Of a stretch of 64,000 nt of DNA, positions 8,378 to 17,828 are shown piece after piece (position 1 is the first letter of the stretch; each line of letters begins with the position of its first letter). The position numbers and the translations under genes were made by a program. Under the pieces are notes generated by a model, which was not told the DNA's origin, ran no database searches, and was given only the letters and a program-made list of their open reading frames with translations. The stretch comes from Candidatus Collierbacteria bacterium RIFOXYD2_FULL_45_13 (lineage in GTDB: Bacteria; Patescibacteriota; Microgenomatia; UBA1400; MFAQ01): the NCBI GenBank assembly GCA_001774685.1, contig MFAS01000001.1, positions 607,557 to 671,556 on the forward strand, written 5' to 3'.

Positions 8378-9556
8378 ATGCACATTGACCTCAATTCTTG
8401 TTTTGCCACTATCGAGCAGCAAGCCAATCCACTTCTCCGCGGCAAACCAATCGCTGTGGCCGCTTACGACAGCCCCAACGGTTGCATCCTCGCTCCTTCG
8501 GTCCAAGCCAAGAAGCTTGGTATCAAGGTCGGTATGCACGTCAAGGATGGACGCCTTCTCTGTCCGGATCTTATCGTCCTCCCTTCAGATCCGGATAAAT
8601 ACCGGTCGGTCCACCTTGGTCTCAAAAAAGTTTTATCCGTCTACACTCCGGACATCGTTCCCAAGTCTATCGATGAGTTCGTTTTGAATTTTGCCGGAAC
8701 CCCGGCTCTCAGAAGAGGCCTCTTCTTTATCGGCCAAGAAATCAAGGATCGTATCAGGAATGAAGTAGGGGATTATCTGACGGTTTCTATCGGTCTTGGA
8801 CCAAATCGTTTTCTCGCCAAGACGGCCAGCAATCTTCATAAGCCGGATGGTCTCGACGAGATTGATAAAAATAATTTTTTGAAAATATACGATAGTCTCA
8901 CCCTTACGGATCTCACGGGCATAGCCAGACAAAATGCTATCCGTTTAAATTCAGCCGGTATTTACACGGTCTTGGATTTTTTCCACGCCGACCTACGAAC
9001 CTTACGGGCGGCTTTTCGTTCCATCTCGGATTACTACTGGTTTGTTCGCCTTCGGGGCTGGGAAATAGACGATGTTGATTGGGGAGTCAAGAGTTTTGGT
9101 CACTCTTATGCTCTCCCAAAGTTTCTGACCAAGCCGGAAGAGTTGGCCCCTATTCTAACGAAGCTAGTAGAGAAGCTTGGTTTCCGGATGCGCCGGGAAG
9201 GCTACCAAGCAAGAGGAGTACATCTGGCAGTTCTTTTTCGTGACCACGAGTTTTGGCACCAGGGCCTCAAACTGGATCAGCCCCTTTTTTTAAGTCAGGA
9301 TATCTATCGGGTAGCCTACCGCCTGCTTTCACATTCTCCCTACCACTTACCGGTTCGCAACTTAGCCGTTTCTTGTTTTGGTCTTTCGGAAAGAGACTCT
9401 CTGCAGCTGGGTCTGTTTGAAGACAAAATAAAAAAAGAATCTTTGGTGTCGGCGATAGACGATATCAACGATCGGTGGGGCAACTTCGTTATTACTCCGG
9501 CCCTCATGGCCAATATGGGAGATGTCATCAAAGATCGAATAAGTTTTGGTAAATGA
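8378..9556 (+). CDS. dinB: Y-family DNA polymerase IV (DinB/ImpB/UmuC family)
   Basis: Canonical N-terminus MHIDLNSCFATIEQQ with catalytic Asp, followed by SIDEFVLNF and thumb/little-finger regions. An upstream alternative ATG exists at 8312. Confidence 0.85.
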   Translation: MHIDLNSCFATIEQQANPLLRGKPIAVAAYDSPNGCILAPSVQAKKLGIKVGMHVKDGRLLCPDLIVLPSDPDKYRSVHLGLKKVLSVYTPDIVPKSIDEFVLNFAGTPALRRGLFFIGQEIKDRIRNEVGDYLTVSIGLGPNRFLAKTASNLHKPDGLDEIDKNNFLKIYDSLTLTDLTGIARQNAIRLNSAGIYTVLDFFHADLRTLRAAFRSISDYYWFVRLRGWEIDDVDWGVKSFGHSYALPKFLTKPEELAPILTKLVEKLGFRMRREGYQARGVHLAVLFRDHEFWHQGLKLDQPLFLSQDIYRVAYRLLSHSPYHLPVRNLAVSCFGLSERDSLQLGLFEDKIKKESLVSAIDDINDRWGNFVITPALMANMGDVIKDRISFGK

Positions 9557-9573
9557 TGTAAACTGGTTTCAGT

Positions 9574-10278
9574 ATGTCCGAAACCTTACAGATAAACTCG
9601 GTTACCAAAAGCTTCGGCAGGCTAGTCGCTGTCAGTGGTGTTTCTCTGCAAGTGAAGCCCGGCACGGTTTACGCCCTAATCGGTCCAAACGGTTCCGGTA
9701 AAACCACTCTTGTTAACTGCATCGTTGGACTTCTCAAGCCGGATAAGGGGGAGGTGTTAATTAACGGGATAGATATTCAAAAAAAGCCAATCACCGCAAA
9801 ACATCTTTTTTCATATATTTCCGACAATCCGGCCATTTATCCCTATCTCTCCGGTTTAGAGTTTATCCGACTTAGCGCCAAGCTGCACGGTTTAAGTCAA
9901 GATGAGACAGAGAATAAACTCACCGAACTAAAGAAGATTTTTCCTATCGAAGATATTTTGGAATCCCGTACCGAAAGCTACTCACGTGGAAACATCGAAA
10001 AAACCGCTTTTCTTTCGGCCATCATTGCTAACCCTAAGCTTCTGGTAATCGACGAACCCATTGTCGGACTTGATCCTACCAGCGTGGAAACTTTTGGAGA
10101 GTCTCTTCGTCAGCTTACCCGTAGTGGTTCTTCGGTTTTTCTGTCCACCCACACCCTCAGTTTTGTCAAAAAGTATGCTGATATGGTTGGAATCATTCAC
10201 CGCGGCAAGCTGATACGAGAGATGAAGGTTGGGCCAAAGACTAATCTGGAAGAAATATATCTTGAGGAAACCTCTTAA
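9574..10278 (+). CDS. ABC transporter ATP-binding protein
   Basis: Walker A GPNGSGKTT, a signature-like YSRGNIEKT and Walker B LLVIDEP. Confidence 0.85.
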   Translation: MSETLQINSVTKSFGRLVAVSGVSLQVKPGTVYALIGPNGSGKTTLVNCIVGLLKPDKGEVLINGIDIQKKPITAKHLFSYISDNPAIYPYLSGLEFIRLSAKLHGLSQDETENKLTELKKIFPIEDILESRTESYSRGNIEKTAFLSAIIANPKLLVIDEPIVGLDPTSVETFGESLRQLTRSGSSVFLSTHTLSFVKKYADMVGIIHRGKLIREMKVGPKTNLEEIYLEETS

Positions 10279-10279
10279 T

Positions 10280-11860
10280 ATGATAGCCATCCGGGAATTC
10301 GTAAAACTCGACTACCTCGCCTTTAAGGATTGGTTTCGGAAGCAAACTATTTCCAAAGTGATTATCGCCACAGTATATCTTCTGGTACTGATTGGAGTTG
10401 GTTTGGGGATCTACTTTTGGTCAGACGCTTTTATCAAATACGTTGTCCCTTACGAATCTTTCGGACTACTAACTTCACAATATATCCTGAGGGGTTCTTT
10501 TACCTTACTCATGTGGGTTGGTATCTTCAGCTCTCTCATTTCCACCCTCACCTTTCTGCTAACTCCGGACAGGCACCTGGATTTACTACTCACCTTTCCT
10601 CTCTCCACACTATCAATTTCTCTTAAGGCTTCAGCCAGATCGGCTCTCATCAATTTATCCCTGTTTCTTATATCGGTGTTTCCTTTGGTGTTGGCCTTTA
10701 CCAAAAACTTTTTTGGTTCACTTCTTTCTCTAATACTTCTTGTCATTATCACCCAAACGTTCGGCTCCTCTCTCGGTTATCTTTTTTATTTCTTGTTTCG
10801 GAAAAAATATGGCCGATTAATCGCTATCACCTTCGGAGTTTCCATGATTCTTGCTACCGGGATCTTGCTCAAGGTTACTTTTCCACCCCAGCTCAGGCTT
10901 TTGGATGATATTCCAGCCGAAACTTTTTCTGCCTTTTTTAACAGTTTACCCCTGATTAGGGATTGTTGGCTATCTGGCGAGATAATAAAATCCACAGACG
11001 GTTTATTTGGTCCATCGGTATTGTTTTATGCATTCACTCTCGTGACTATAATGATCTCTCTCCTGACGCAGATATGTCTTTTTGTTCCTTGCCGGCAATC
11101 TCAAAGAGTTCACACTTCGTCTACTATCAAGATAAAGTCAAAAATTGGCCACTTCCGCCGAATCTCTCTAATTTCCAAAGACCTTCTTTCGTTTTTTAGA
11201 AATCCTAAAGATGTCAGCTACCTCCTTTTCTTGATCATTATGATCGTATCTTTTTTTGGACTATTTTCCCGAGGTTACCTGGCCAGAGGAGTCACTGAAA
11301 AGTATCTGGTAGACGCTGTGGTTTTTTCCTTCGCTTGGCTGATATTCTTTTCGGGTACCTACGTAATCCGACTTTCTTATCCACTCATGGTCAATGAGGG
11401 TCAGTCAAAATGGTGGTTGTTTACCCTGCCCATAGCTTCTACACGGATACTTCAGTCAAAGGTCTCATCCTCTTTAATTTTGAGTTTACCTCTACTATCT
11501 TTGGGTTTGCTTGAGTGGCAGATACTTCCCTTTAGTGTAAACACTGCCTTTTTTGTTCTTCTTAGTGTCATTGGCATTACCTCATTGGCTGTCGCTCTTC
11601 CGCTAATTGGCTCTCTTTTTCTTGACTTTACGGCTTGTTACAATCCCGAAAAGGCCAGCACTAGCCTCAGTGGCTTACTTTCGGTTGTTTTTGTCTGCTC
11701 GGTGGGGGCTTTGGGAGGATATTTGGCCTCGCAGTTCATGGGTGTGGCCATTAGCCCAGCCACCGCCATCAACGCCTTCCTCACCGAGAGTCTGGTGGTC
11801 ACAGCCTTTGTCTGGTTTTTGGCCATACGTTACTTAGAAAGATACAAGCTGGATATTTAG
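10280..11860 (+). CDS. ABC transporter permease-like polytopic membrane protein
   Basis: At least ten predicted TM helices. The start is 2 nt after the ATPase stop codon. The longer ORF-track start at 10229 overlaps the ATPase gene. Confidence 0.6.
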   Translation: MIAIREFVKLDYLAFKDWFRKQTISKVIIATVYLLVLIGVGLGIYFWSDAFIKYVVPYESFGLLTSQYILRGSFTLLMWVGIFSSLISTLTFLLTPDRHLDLLLTFPLSTLSISLKASARSALINLSLFLISVFPLVLAFTKNFFGSLLSLILLVIITQTFGSSLGYLFYFLFRKKYGRLIAITFGVSMILATGILLKVTFPPQLRLLDDIPAETFSAFFNSLPLIRDCWLSGEIIKSTDGLFGPSVLFYAFTLVTIMISLLTQICLFVPCRQSQRVHTSSTIKIKSKIGHFRRISLISKDLLSFFRNPKDVSYLLFLIIMIVSFFGLFSRGYLARGVTEKYLVDAVVFSFAWLIFFSGTYVIRLSYPLMVNEGQSKWWLFTLPIASTRILQSKVSSSLILSLPLLSLGLLEWQILPFSVNTAFFVLLSVIGITSLAVALPLIGSLFLDFTACYNPEKASTSLSGLLSVVFVCSVGALGGYLASQFMGVAISPATAINAFLTESLVVTAFVWFLAIRYLERYKLDI

Positions 11861-12273
11861 TGTTTCTCATACAGAGCCTCACCTACTATCGCGTCAGCTT
11901 TAGTCGGATGAACAGTACCGTCTGGGTGATTGGCTGGGGAATAAACCGTATATAGTTTCAATGGTTCGGACGTGGACGTGTTAATGATATTGTGGTTTGT
12001 TCCGGCGGGCACGACGATAACATCATTAGCCTCAAAAATTGTTTCTTCTCCATTTAGGACTGCTTTACCCTGTCCAGCCTCAAATCTAAAAAATTGATCA
12101 ATATTGGGATGCACCTCCATGCCTATCTCCTCTCCGGGTAGAAGACTCATGAGCACAAGTTGAGAGTGGGGAGCTGTGTACAGTACTTTTCGGAAGTTGC
12201 TATTGGCGATGGTATCGGCTTCTATGTCGGTGTGGTATCCGGTCATACGGTTTTTTGTTGATAACAACCTCAT
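11857..12273 (-). CDS. Cupin-domain protein
   Basis: The cupin_2 motif region GEEIGMEVHPNIDQFFRFEAGQG and VIVVPAGTNHNI. Confidence 0.6.
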   Translation of the reverse strand: MRLLSTKNRMTGYHTDIEADTIANSNFRKVLYTAPHSQLVLMSLLPGEEIGMEVHPNIDQFFRFEAGQGKAVLNGEETIFEANDVIVVPAGTNHNIINTSTSEPLKLYTVYSPANHPDGTVHPTKADAIVGEALYEKH

Positions 12274-12350
12274 CTTACATCAATATTATCCTGCCCGTAG
12301 GCAGGCACGAGTGGTGCCTGAATGCGCACAGGCAATTGATGGCGTTTGGA

Positions 12351-12379
12351 TTTGACAAAAGACCTATAATAGAGTATAA
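12351..12379 (+). promoter_or_regulatory. Perfect-consensus sigma70 promoter: TTGACA, 17-nt spacer, TATAAT
   Basis: TTGACA at 12351-12356 and TATAAT at 12374-12379. Confidence 0.6.
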
Positions 12380-12389
12380 TCCTCAAACT

Positions 12390-13046
12390 ATGAAAAAAAT
12401 CATATTATCGCTTCTCATGACCTTAATCGTCGGCAAGCCGGAACTTCCGGTCGTTTCGCAGGTGGTCAAAAACTACAGCCAAGAAGTGCTTTCTACTCAA
12501 GAAATGAGCATGGGGTATCGTTACCCGGTGGCCTCTGTCAGCAAGATATTTAAGGAGAACATTCTCCTAAACCTAGCTTATCTGGACGGCAGGGTGACCA
12601 ACGCTCAAGACATCAATTGGGATGAAATCGCTAAACCATTTAAATCAGAGTTTACCCTCCAACCCAACGAGGCGTTTGCCTATCACGACACCATTTTGCC
12701 TGAATACAAAGATAGGGTTGTGGTAACCACCAAGGCTCGCTTTAATAAACAGGATGGTTTCAAGACCGATGGATATCTTTATGGAGATGGTGTCTGTCAG
12801 CTTGCCTCATTTATCAATATGGCAGCTAGAGACGCCAACTTAAAGGTGGTTCAGTTCACCAACCATGATTTTGCGGCTATTCCAGAGGTCCCAAAAATCT
12901 ATGGTGTGTCCATCTATCTGGATCCTAACAACAGAGCAGCTAGTGCCCGAAAGAATCTCTATATTGTAAATAACCAAGACAAACCGGTTACTTTCCGATT
13001 TGACTACAATGGACAGGAATTAAAGGTTACTGTTTCTAAAGCCTAA
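12390..13046 (+). CDS. VanW-like domain protein with an N-terminal membrane anchor
   Basis: The VanW-like core GDGVCQLASFINMAARDANL. The start was moved to the ATG downstream of the consensus promoter. Confidence 0.55.
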   Translation: MKKIILSLLMTLIVGKPELPVVSQVVKNYSQEVLSTQEMSMGYRYPVASVSKIFKENILLNLAYLDGRVTNAQDINWDEIAKPFKSEFTLQPNEAFAYHDTILPEYKDRVVVTTKARFNKQDGFKTDGYLYGDGVCQLASFINMAARDANLKVVQFTNHDFAAIPEVPKIYGVSIYLDPNNRAASARKNLYIVNNQDKPVTFRFDYNGQELKVTVSKA

Positions 13047-13065
13047 GGGCGATTTTCATGGCACC

Positions 13066-13104
13066 AAAAAGCCACCTGTCCGTAAGGATTGGGTGGCTTT
13101 TTTC
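13066..13104. terminator. Bidirectional rho-independent terminator (AAAAAGCCACC ... GGGTGGCTTTTTT)
   Basis: An A-run, then GCCACC/GGTGGC stem, then a T-run. Confidence 0.6.
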
Positions 13105-13387
13105 TCTGCTTTACACCGGCTACCATGTACCAAATTTTTAGATTTCTTAGCTTGTAATCTGGGCGGACTCTTACAATCCGCTTTCTCTTGGTAGTCAGTA
13201 CACGTACCCCAGAGAGGGTCTAGGATCCCTAGGCTGTATTGTCACTTAAAAGTGCGGTGTACCAATAAAGGCTAGAAAGATCGTAATTCTTTTAACTTAT
13301 CTCTACACCCTTATATGTGGGATTAATTACAATGTAGAAGCATTTTGTGTATTTGTCAAGACCAGCAAGTGGTACCAGGAAGAGATT

Positions 13388-13445
13388 GTTGGTATAATTA
13401 CGAAAAGCGTTTGTCAACCGGATCCCGCCAAACGGCCGGGATTTT
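13388..13445 (+). promoter_or_regulatory. ileS promoter (extended -10 TGgTATAAT) plus a leader hairpin with U-run; candidate attenuator
   Basis: TGGTATAAT at 13388-13396. Hairpin TCCCGCC-aaac-GGCCGGGA at ~13419-13440, followed by TTTTT. Confidence 0.4.
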
Positions 13446-13467
13446 TAGTATCTAGTAAACTAGTCTT

Positions 13468-16431
13468 ATGCCAAAAGAAAAACACTCAATCAAAGAAGTC
13501 GAAGCATCCCCAGACTTTCCTATTTTGGAAAAACAGTTACTGGACCATTGGTATCGGTCGGGCATCGTGGAAAAATATCTGCACAAAAACGATCAGTCAT
13601 CCGAGAAGTTCTATTTTCAAGACGGCCCGATCACGGCGAACAATCCCATGGGAGTCCACCATGCTTGGGGTAGGACATACAAAGATCTGTGGCAGCGCTA
13701 CAAAAATATGCGCGGTTTCAGACAACGATTCCAAAACGGTTTCGATTGTCAGGGGCTTTGGGTCGAGGTGGAGGTAGAAAAAGAGCTCAACTTCCATTTT
13801 AAAAAAGATATTGAAACATATGGAGTAGCCCATTTTATACAACATTGCAAAGACCGGGTAATTAAATACTCCGGAATTCAGACGGATCAAAGCAAGAGGC
13901 TGGGTTACTTTATGGACTGGGAAAATTCCTATTTCACCATGTCCGACGAAAACAACTACATGATCTGGCACTTTCTCAAGGTTTGCTGGGAAAAGGGCTG
14001 GATCTACAAGGGCCACGACTCAGTCCCTTGGTGTCCCCGTTGTGAGACCGCAATCTCTCAACACGAAATGCTTACCGAGGACTACAAAGAGCTGACACAT
14101 AAGTCTATCTACCTCGAACTTCCTCTTGTCGGCCGGGAAAATGAATATCTATTGATTTGGACCACTACCCCCTGGACTTTACCGGCCAACATCGCCGTAG
14201 CTGTCGACGAAAAGCAAGATTATTCGCTCGTTGAAGCCTCTACCGGTAAGTTCTGGGTTTTGAAAGATCTTGTTGAAAATGTCTTTAAGGGAGACTATAT
14301 AAACATAGTCAAAACCGTTAAAGGTAAAGAGCTGGTCGGCCTTCATTACAGGGCACCGTTCGACGATATCTCCGCCGTAAAACAAATCGCTCTGGAAAAT
14401 CCCGGGAAATTCCACCTCGTTATCCCGACCGACTCGCAAATTATGCCCATCAGCAATACCGAGGGCACCGGCTTGGTCCACACCGCGGTCAGCGCGGGCA
14501 CGGAAGATTTCGCCTTAGGTAAGAAACTCGGACTTCCGATGATCCCCGTTATTGCAGATAACGCCGATTACCTTCCCGGTCTTGATTGGTTATCCGGACA
14601 AAATGCCAAAAAACATCCGGAAATAATTCTTGATTACTTGAATAAAAAGGAAGAGTCAGGCGAGAACACTGTTTTTAGAATAGAAAACTATACCCATCGT
14701 TACCCCGCCTGCTGGAGATGTAAGACAGAACTTGTTTGGAAAGTGGCCGACGAGTGGTATATCTCGATGGACAAAGTAGACCCGGATGACAAAGAAGGAA
14801 GAACTCTTCGGCAAAAAATGATAGATGTTGCCGGGAAAATTACTTGGAAACCGGAGTTTGGACACGACCGCGAACTGGACTGGTTAAACAACATGCACGA
14901 CTGGCTTATCAGTAAGAAAAATCGTTATTGGGGCTTGGCTCTACCTATCTGGGTTTGCGAGAAGTGCGGTCAATTCGAAGTTGTGGGTGGTAAAGATGAA
15001 TTAAGGGAAAGGGCCGCATCCGGTTGGGACAAATTCGAAGGGCACACACCCCATAAGCCCTACATTGATGAAGTCAAAATCAAACATGGCTGTGGAGGAA
15101 ATATGTCACGTATTCCGGATGTTGGAAATCCTTGGCTCGACGCCGGTATTGTACCGTTTTCTACTTTGCTAGACCTCGAGACCGGAAAGGTTAGCTACAC
15201 CTCAGATAAAAAGTATTGGGAACAATGGTTCCCTGCCGACTTCATTACGGAGTCATTTCCTGGCCAGTTCAAAAATTGGTTCTATTCGATGATTGCTATG
15301 AGCACTGTTCTTGAAGATACCAATCCTTTTGAAAATGTCTTAGGTTTCGCCTCCATGTTAGGGGAAGACGGCCGAGCAATGCATAAGTCCTGGGGCAACT
15401 CAATAGAGTTCAACGAAGCAGCAGACAAGATTGGGGTCGACGTCATGCGTTGGACTTTTGCTAGGCATAACCCGGAAAGGAATCTTCTTTTTGGGTACAA
15501 AATGACTTCGGAAACCAAACGTCTCTTCCACATGCTTTTATGGAACTCGTATCGGTTTTTTGCCAATTTTGCCGCCTTGGAAAATTGGCAGCCGGAAATT
15601 GAATTCGAGCATATACCAACCAAGTTAGATCTCTGGATCTTAAACAGATTAGATCAAACGGTTTTGGAAGTCACGGCCGGACTGGATAAATACGACGCCT
15701 TTTCTGCCGCCACCTCAATTGAGGCGTTCGTCTCCGACCTGTCTACTTGGTATATTCGCCGTTCTAGAGATCGTATTGGTCCTAGCGCTCAAGACAAGGA
15801 TGACAAAGAAACTTGTTACCGTACTCTCAGAACCGTCTTCGATTGTTTGTCCCGCGTTCTCATGCCATTTACCCCCTTTATGGCCGACATGATCTACACC
15901 AACATTACGGGAGACGAATCTGTTCATCTCACCGATTGGCCACTGGTGACCACCGAAGACATTGTCGACAAAAAACTAATCGAGAACATGGCTTTGGTCA
16001 GGAGAGTCTGTGAGATGGGCCATGCCGACCGCAAAGCTAACTCCATTGCCGTCAAACAGCCACTATCCAAAATTACCGTTATCGGCTCCAAGTCAGCTCT
16101 TCGATCCGAACCGGAGCTGTTGCAATTAATTAAAGACGAGCTTAATGTGTTGGAGGTAGTGTTTCGGGAACCTGCGATGGAAAGTGAGAAAAATATTGAA
16201 TTATCAATCGAGCTGGATAAGCTTCTCACGCCCGAATTAATCAGAAAGGGTCAGATGAGAGAGGTCATTCGTTCCATCCAAGAGGCGAGGAAGAATGCCG
16301 GCTGTCGCTTGGATGAAGTTGTATCGATAACCCTCCCGGAATGGCCGATTGAGTATGAAGAGGAAATTAAGAGAAAAACGTTAGTCAACAATATTAGTAA
16401 GGGAGACACTCTAAAAATCTCCAGAACCTAA
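13468..16431 (+). CDS. ileS: Isoleucine--tRNA ligase
   Basis: HIGH-region variant PMGVHHAWG, a KMSKS-like HKSWGNS, editing and zinc-finger regions CPRCETAI and CWRCKTELV, and a length of 987 aa. Confidence 0.9.
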   Translation: MPKEKHSIKEVEASPDFPILEKQLLDHWYRSGIVEKYLHKNDQSSEKFYFQDGPITANNPMGVHHAWGRTYKDLWQRYKNMRGFRQRFQNGFDCQGLWVEVEVEKELNFHFKKDIETYGVAHFIQHCKDRVIKYSGIQTDQSKRLGYFMDWENSYFTMSDENNYMIWHFLKVCWEKGWIYKGHDSVPWCPRCETAISQHEMLTEDYKELTHKSIYLELPLVGRENEYLLIWTTTPWTLPANIAVAVDEKQDYSLVEASTGKFWVLKDLVENVFKGDYINIVKTVKGKELVGLHYRAPFDDISAVKQIALENPGKFHLVIPTDSQIMPISNTEGTGLVHTAVSAGTEDFALGKKLGLPMIPVIADNADYLPGLDWLSGQNAKKHPEIILDYLNKKEESGENTVFRIENYTHRYPACWRCKTELVWKVADEWYISMDKVDPDDKEGRTLRQKMIDVAGKITWKPEFGHDRELDWLNNMHDWLISKKNRYWGLALPIWVCEKCGQFEVVGGKDELRERAASGWDKFEGHTPHKPYIDEVKIKHGCGGNMSRIPDVGNPWLDAGIVPFSTLLDLETGKVSYTSDKKYWEQWFPADFITESFPGQFKNWFYSMIAMSTVLEDTNPFENVLGFASMLGEDGRAMHKSWGNSIEFNEAADKIGVDVMRWTFARHNPERNLLFGYKMTSETKRLFHMLLWNSYRFFANFAALENWQPEIEFEHIPTKLDLWILNRLDQTVLEVTAGLDKYDAFSAATSIEAFVSDLSTWYIRRSRDRIGPSAQDKDDKETCYRTLRTVFDCLSRVLMPFTPFMADMIYTNITGDESVHLTDWPLVTTEDIVDKKLIENMALVRRVCEMGHADRKANSIAVKQPLSKITVIGSKSALRSEPELLQLIKDELNVLEVVFREPAMESEKNIELSIELDKLLTPELIRKGQMREVIRSIQEARKNAGCRLDEVVSITLPEWPIEYEEEIKRKTLVNNISKGDTLKISRT

Positions 16432-17486
16432 TGCGTCAATATAAAAACCTTTTGTTTTCATCCTTGGTTCTAATTGAGGTCCTGAGCTTGACTACCATCT
16501 GGAGTACGGCTCCGGAACTCTTTATGTCGCAGCTGGCCTTCGTGATCGTCGGTACCATTGCCATCTATCTTCTGAGCAAATCCGATATCTTTTTATTGCC
16601 CAGTTTGGGAAAAACTTTTTACATCGTCAGCATTATCTTGTTAGTACTCACCGTGTTCATTGGGAAAAACGTTAGGGGGTCAGTTCGTTGGATTGATCTG
16701 GGCTTCTTCAATTTGCAGACCTCCGAAATCATCAAACCACTTCTGGCCATATACTATTCATCCTACTTGGCCAAGCTGAAAAAAATTGACTGGAAACAGT
16801 TACTTGTTTTCTTGGGGATTACTTTCATCCCCGTAACTCTGGTCGCAATGCAGCCTGATCTTGGATCGGCCTTGACTTTAATTTTTTTACCCCTCGCACT
16901 ATTAGCTTTTTCGGGTCAGTTATGGAAGCTACTTATACTTGGAACCATTTTCACCGCCTTGGTTCTGCCAATAGAGTCAAAACTCCTCAAGCCTTACCAG
17001 CGCCAAAGGCTGGAAACTTTTATCAATCCCTACTCAGACCCCCAAGGAGCGGGCTACAATGTTATCCAGGCAACCATAGCCGTCGGCTCGGGGAAGATAA
17101 TTGGTAAAGGAGTTAAACTTGGAACTCAGTCTCATCTGAATTTTTTACCCGAGAGACACACCGACTTTATCTACGCTTCGTTTGTCGAAGAGTTTGGCCT
17201 GGTAGGCTCTTTGGTCTTGTTTCTTGCCTATATAGCCATTTTTCAAAGCTGTATCCATGGGGTAAAACGTCTACGCGACAACCAACAGGTATTACTCTCA
17301 CTCTCAATATTTTCCTTGTTCTTCTTTCAGTTTGTGGTCAACGTGGGCATGAACCTCGGAATTATGCCCGTCACCGGTATTACCCTACCTCTTTTTTCCT
17401 ATGGAGGCAGCTCCTTGCTGAGTTTCGCCATCTTGGCTGGGCTGTTGGCTCGCCAGCTTGATCAAATCACCCCATTTGAGATATAA
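16431..17486 (+). CDS. SEDS-family protein (RodA/FtsW paralog)
   Basis: MQPDLGSAL, PERHTDFIYASFVEEFGLVGS and ITLPLFSYGGSSLL. It overlaps the ileS stop by 1 nt. Confidence 0.8.
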   Translation: MRQYKNLLFSSLVLIEVLSLTTIWSTAPELFMSQLAFVIVGTIAIYLLSKSDIFLLPSLGKTFYIVSIILLVLTVFIGKNVRGSVRWIDLGFFNLQTSEIIKPLLAIYYSSYLAKLKKIDWKQLLVFLGITFIPVTLVAMQPDLGSALTLIFLPLALLAFSGQLWKLLILGTIFTALVLPIESKLLKPYQRQRLETFINPYSDPQGAGYNVIQATIAVGSGKIIGKGVKLGTQSHLNFLPERHTDFIYASFVEEFGLVGSLVLFLAYIAIFQSCIHGVKRLRDNQQVLLSLSIFSLFFFQFVVNVGMNLGIMPVTGITLPLFSYGGSSLLSFAILAGLLARQLDQITPFEI

Positions 17487-17494
17487 TAGCGCAC

Positions 17495-17821
17495 ATGGCA
17501 GACAAAACTACATACGCGGTCATTCAACTTGGCGCAAAACAATACTTGGTCAAAGAAGGCGATAAGGTCGTGGCTGAAAAAATTGATATCAAAGAAGGCG
17601 AAACGCTCCAGGTTAAGGAGGTCTTACTTGGCTATGATGGTGAAAAGACCACGATAGGGGAGCCGTATCTGGAAAAAGCCACTGTAGATCTCATCATGGA
17701 AGGTACCAAGAAGGGCGAGAAGATTCGTATTGCCAAATTCAAAGCCAAATCCAGATACCGCCGGGTTACCGGTCATAGGCAGCTTGAAAGCCATTTCACT
17801 GTCAAGGCTATCAATCTCTAA
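17495..17821 (+). CDS. rplU: 50S ribosomal protein L21
   Basis: YAVIQLGAKQYLVKEGD and the C-terminal basic region. Confidence 0.9.
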   Translation: MADKTTYAVIQLGAKQYLVKEGDKVVAEKIDIKEGETLQVKEVLLGYDGEKTTIGEPYLEKATVDLIMEGTKKGEKIRIAKFKAKSRYRRVTGHRQLESHFTVKAINL

Positions 17822-17828
17822 AATAACT

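Noticed and set aside
13360-13400. T-box riboswitch upstream of ileS: the stretch AAGTGGTACCAGG partially matches the T-box core GGGTGGNACCGCG
   Set aside because: The match lies within the promoter spacer, directly upstream of the TGgTATAAT -10 element. It is not positioned as the 5' strand of the terminator. No specifier-loop, AG-box or F-box elements could be identified, and the terminator hairpin is about 40 nt away.
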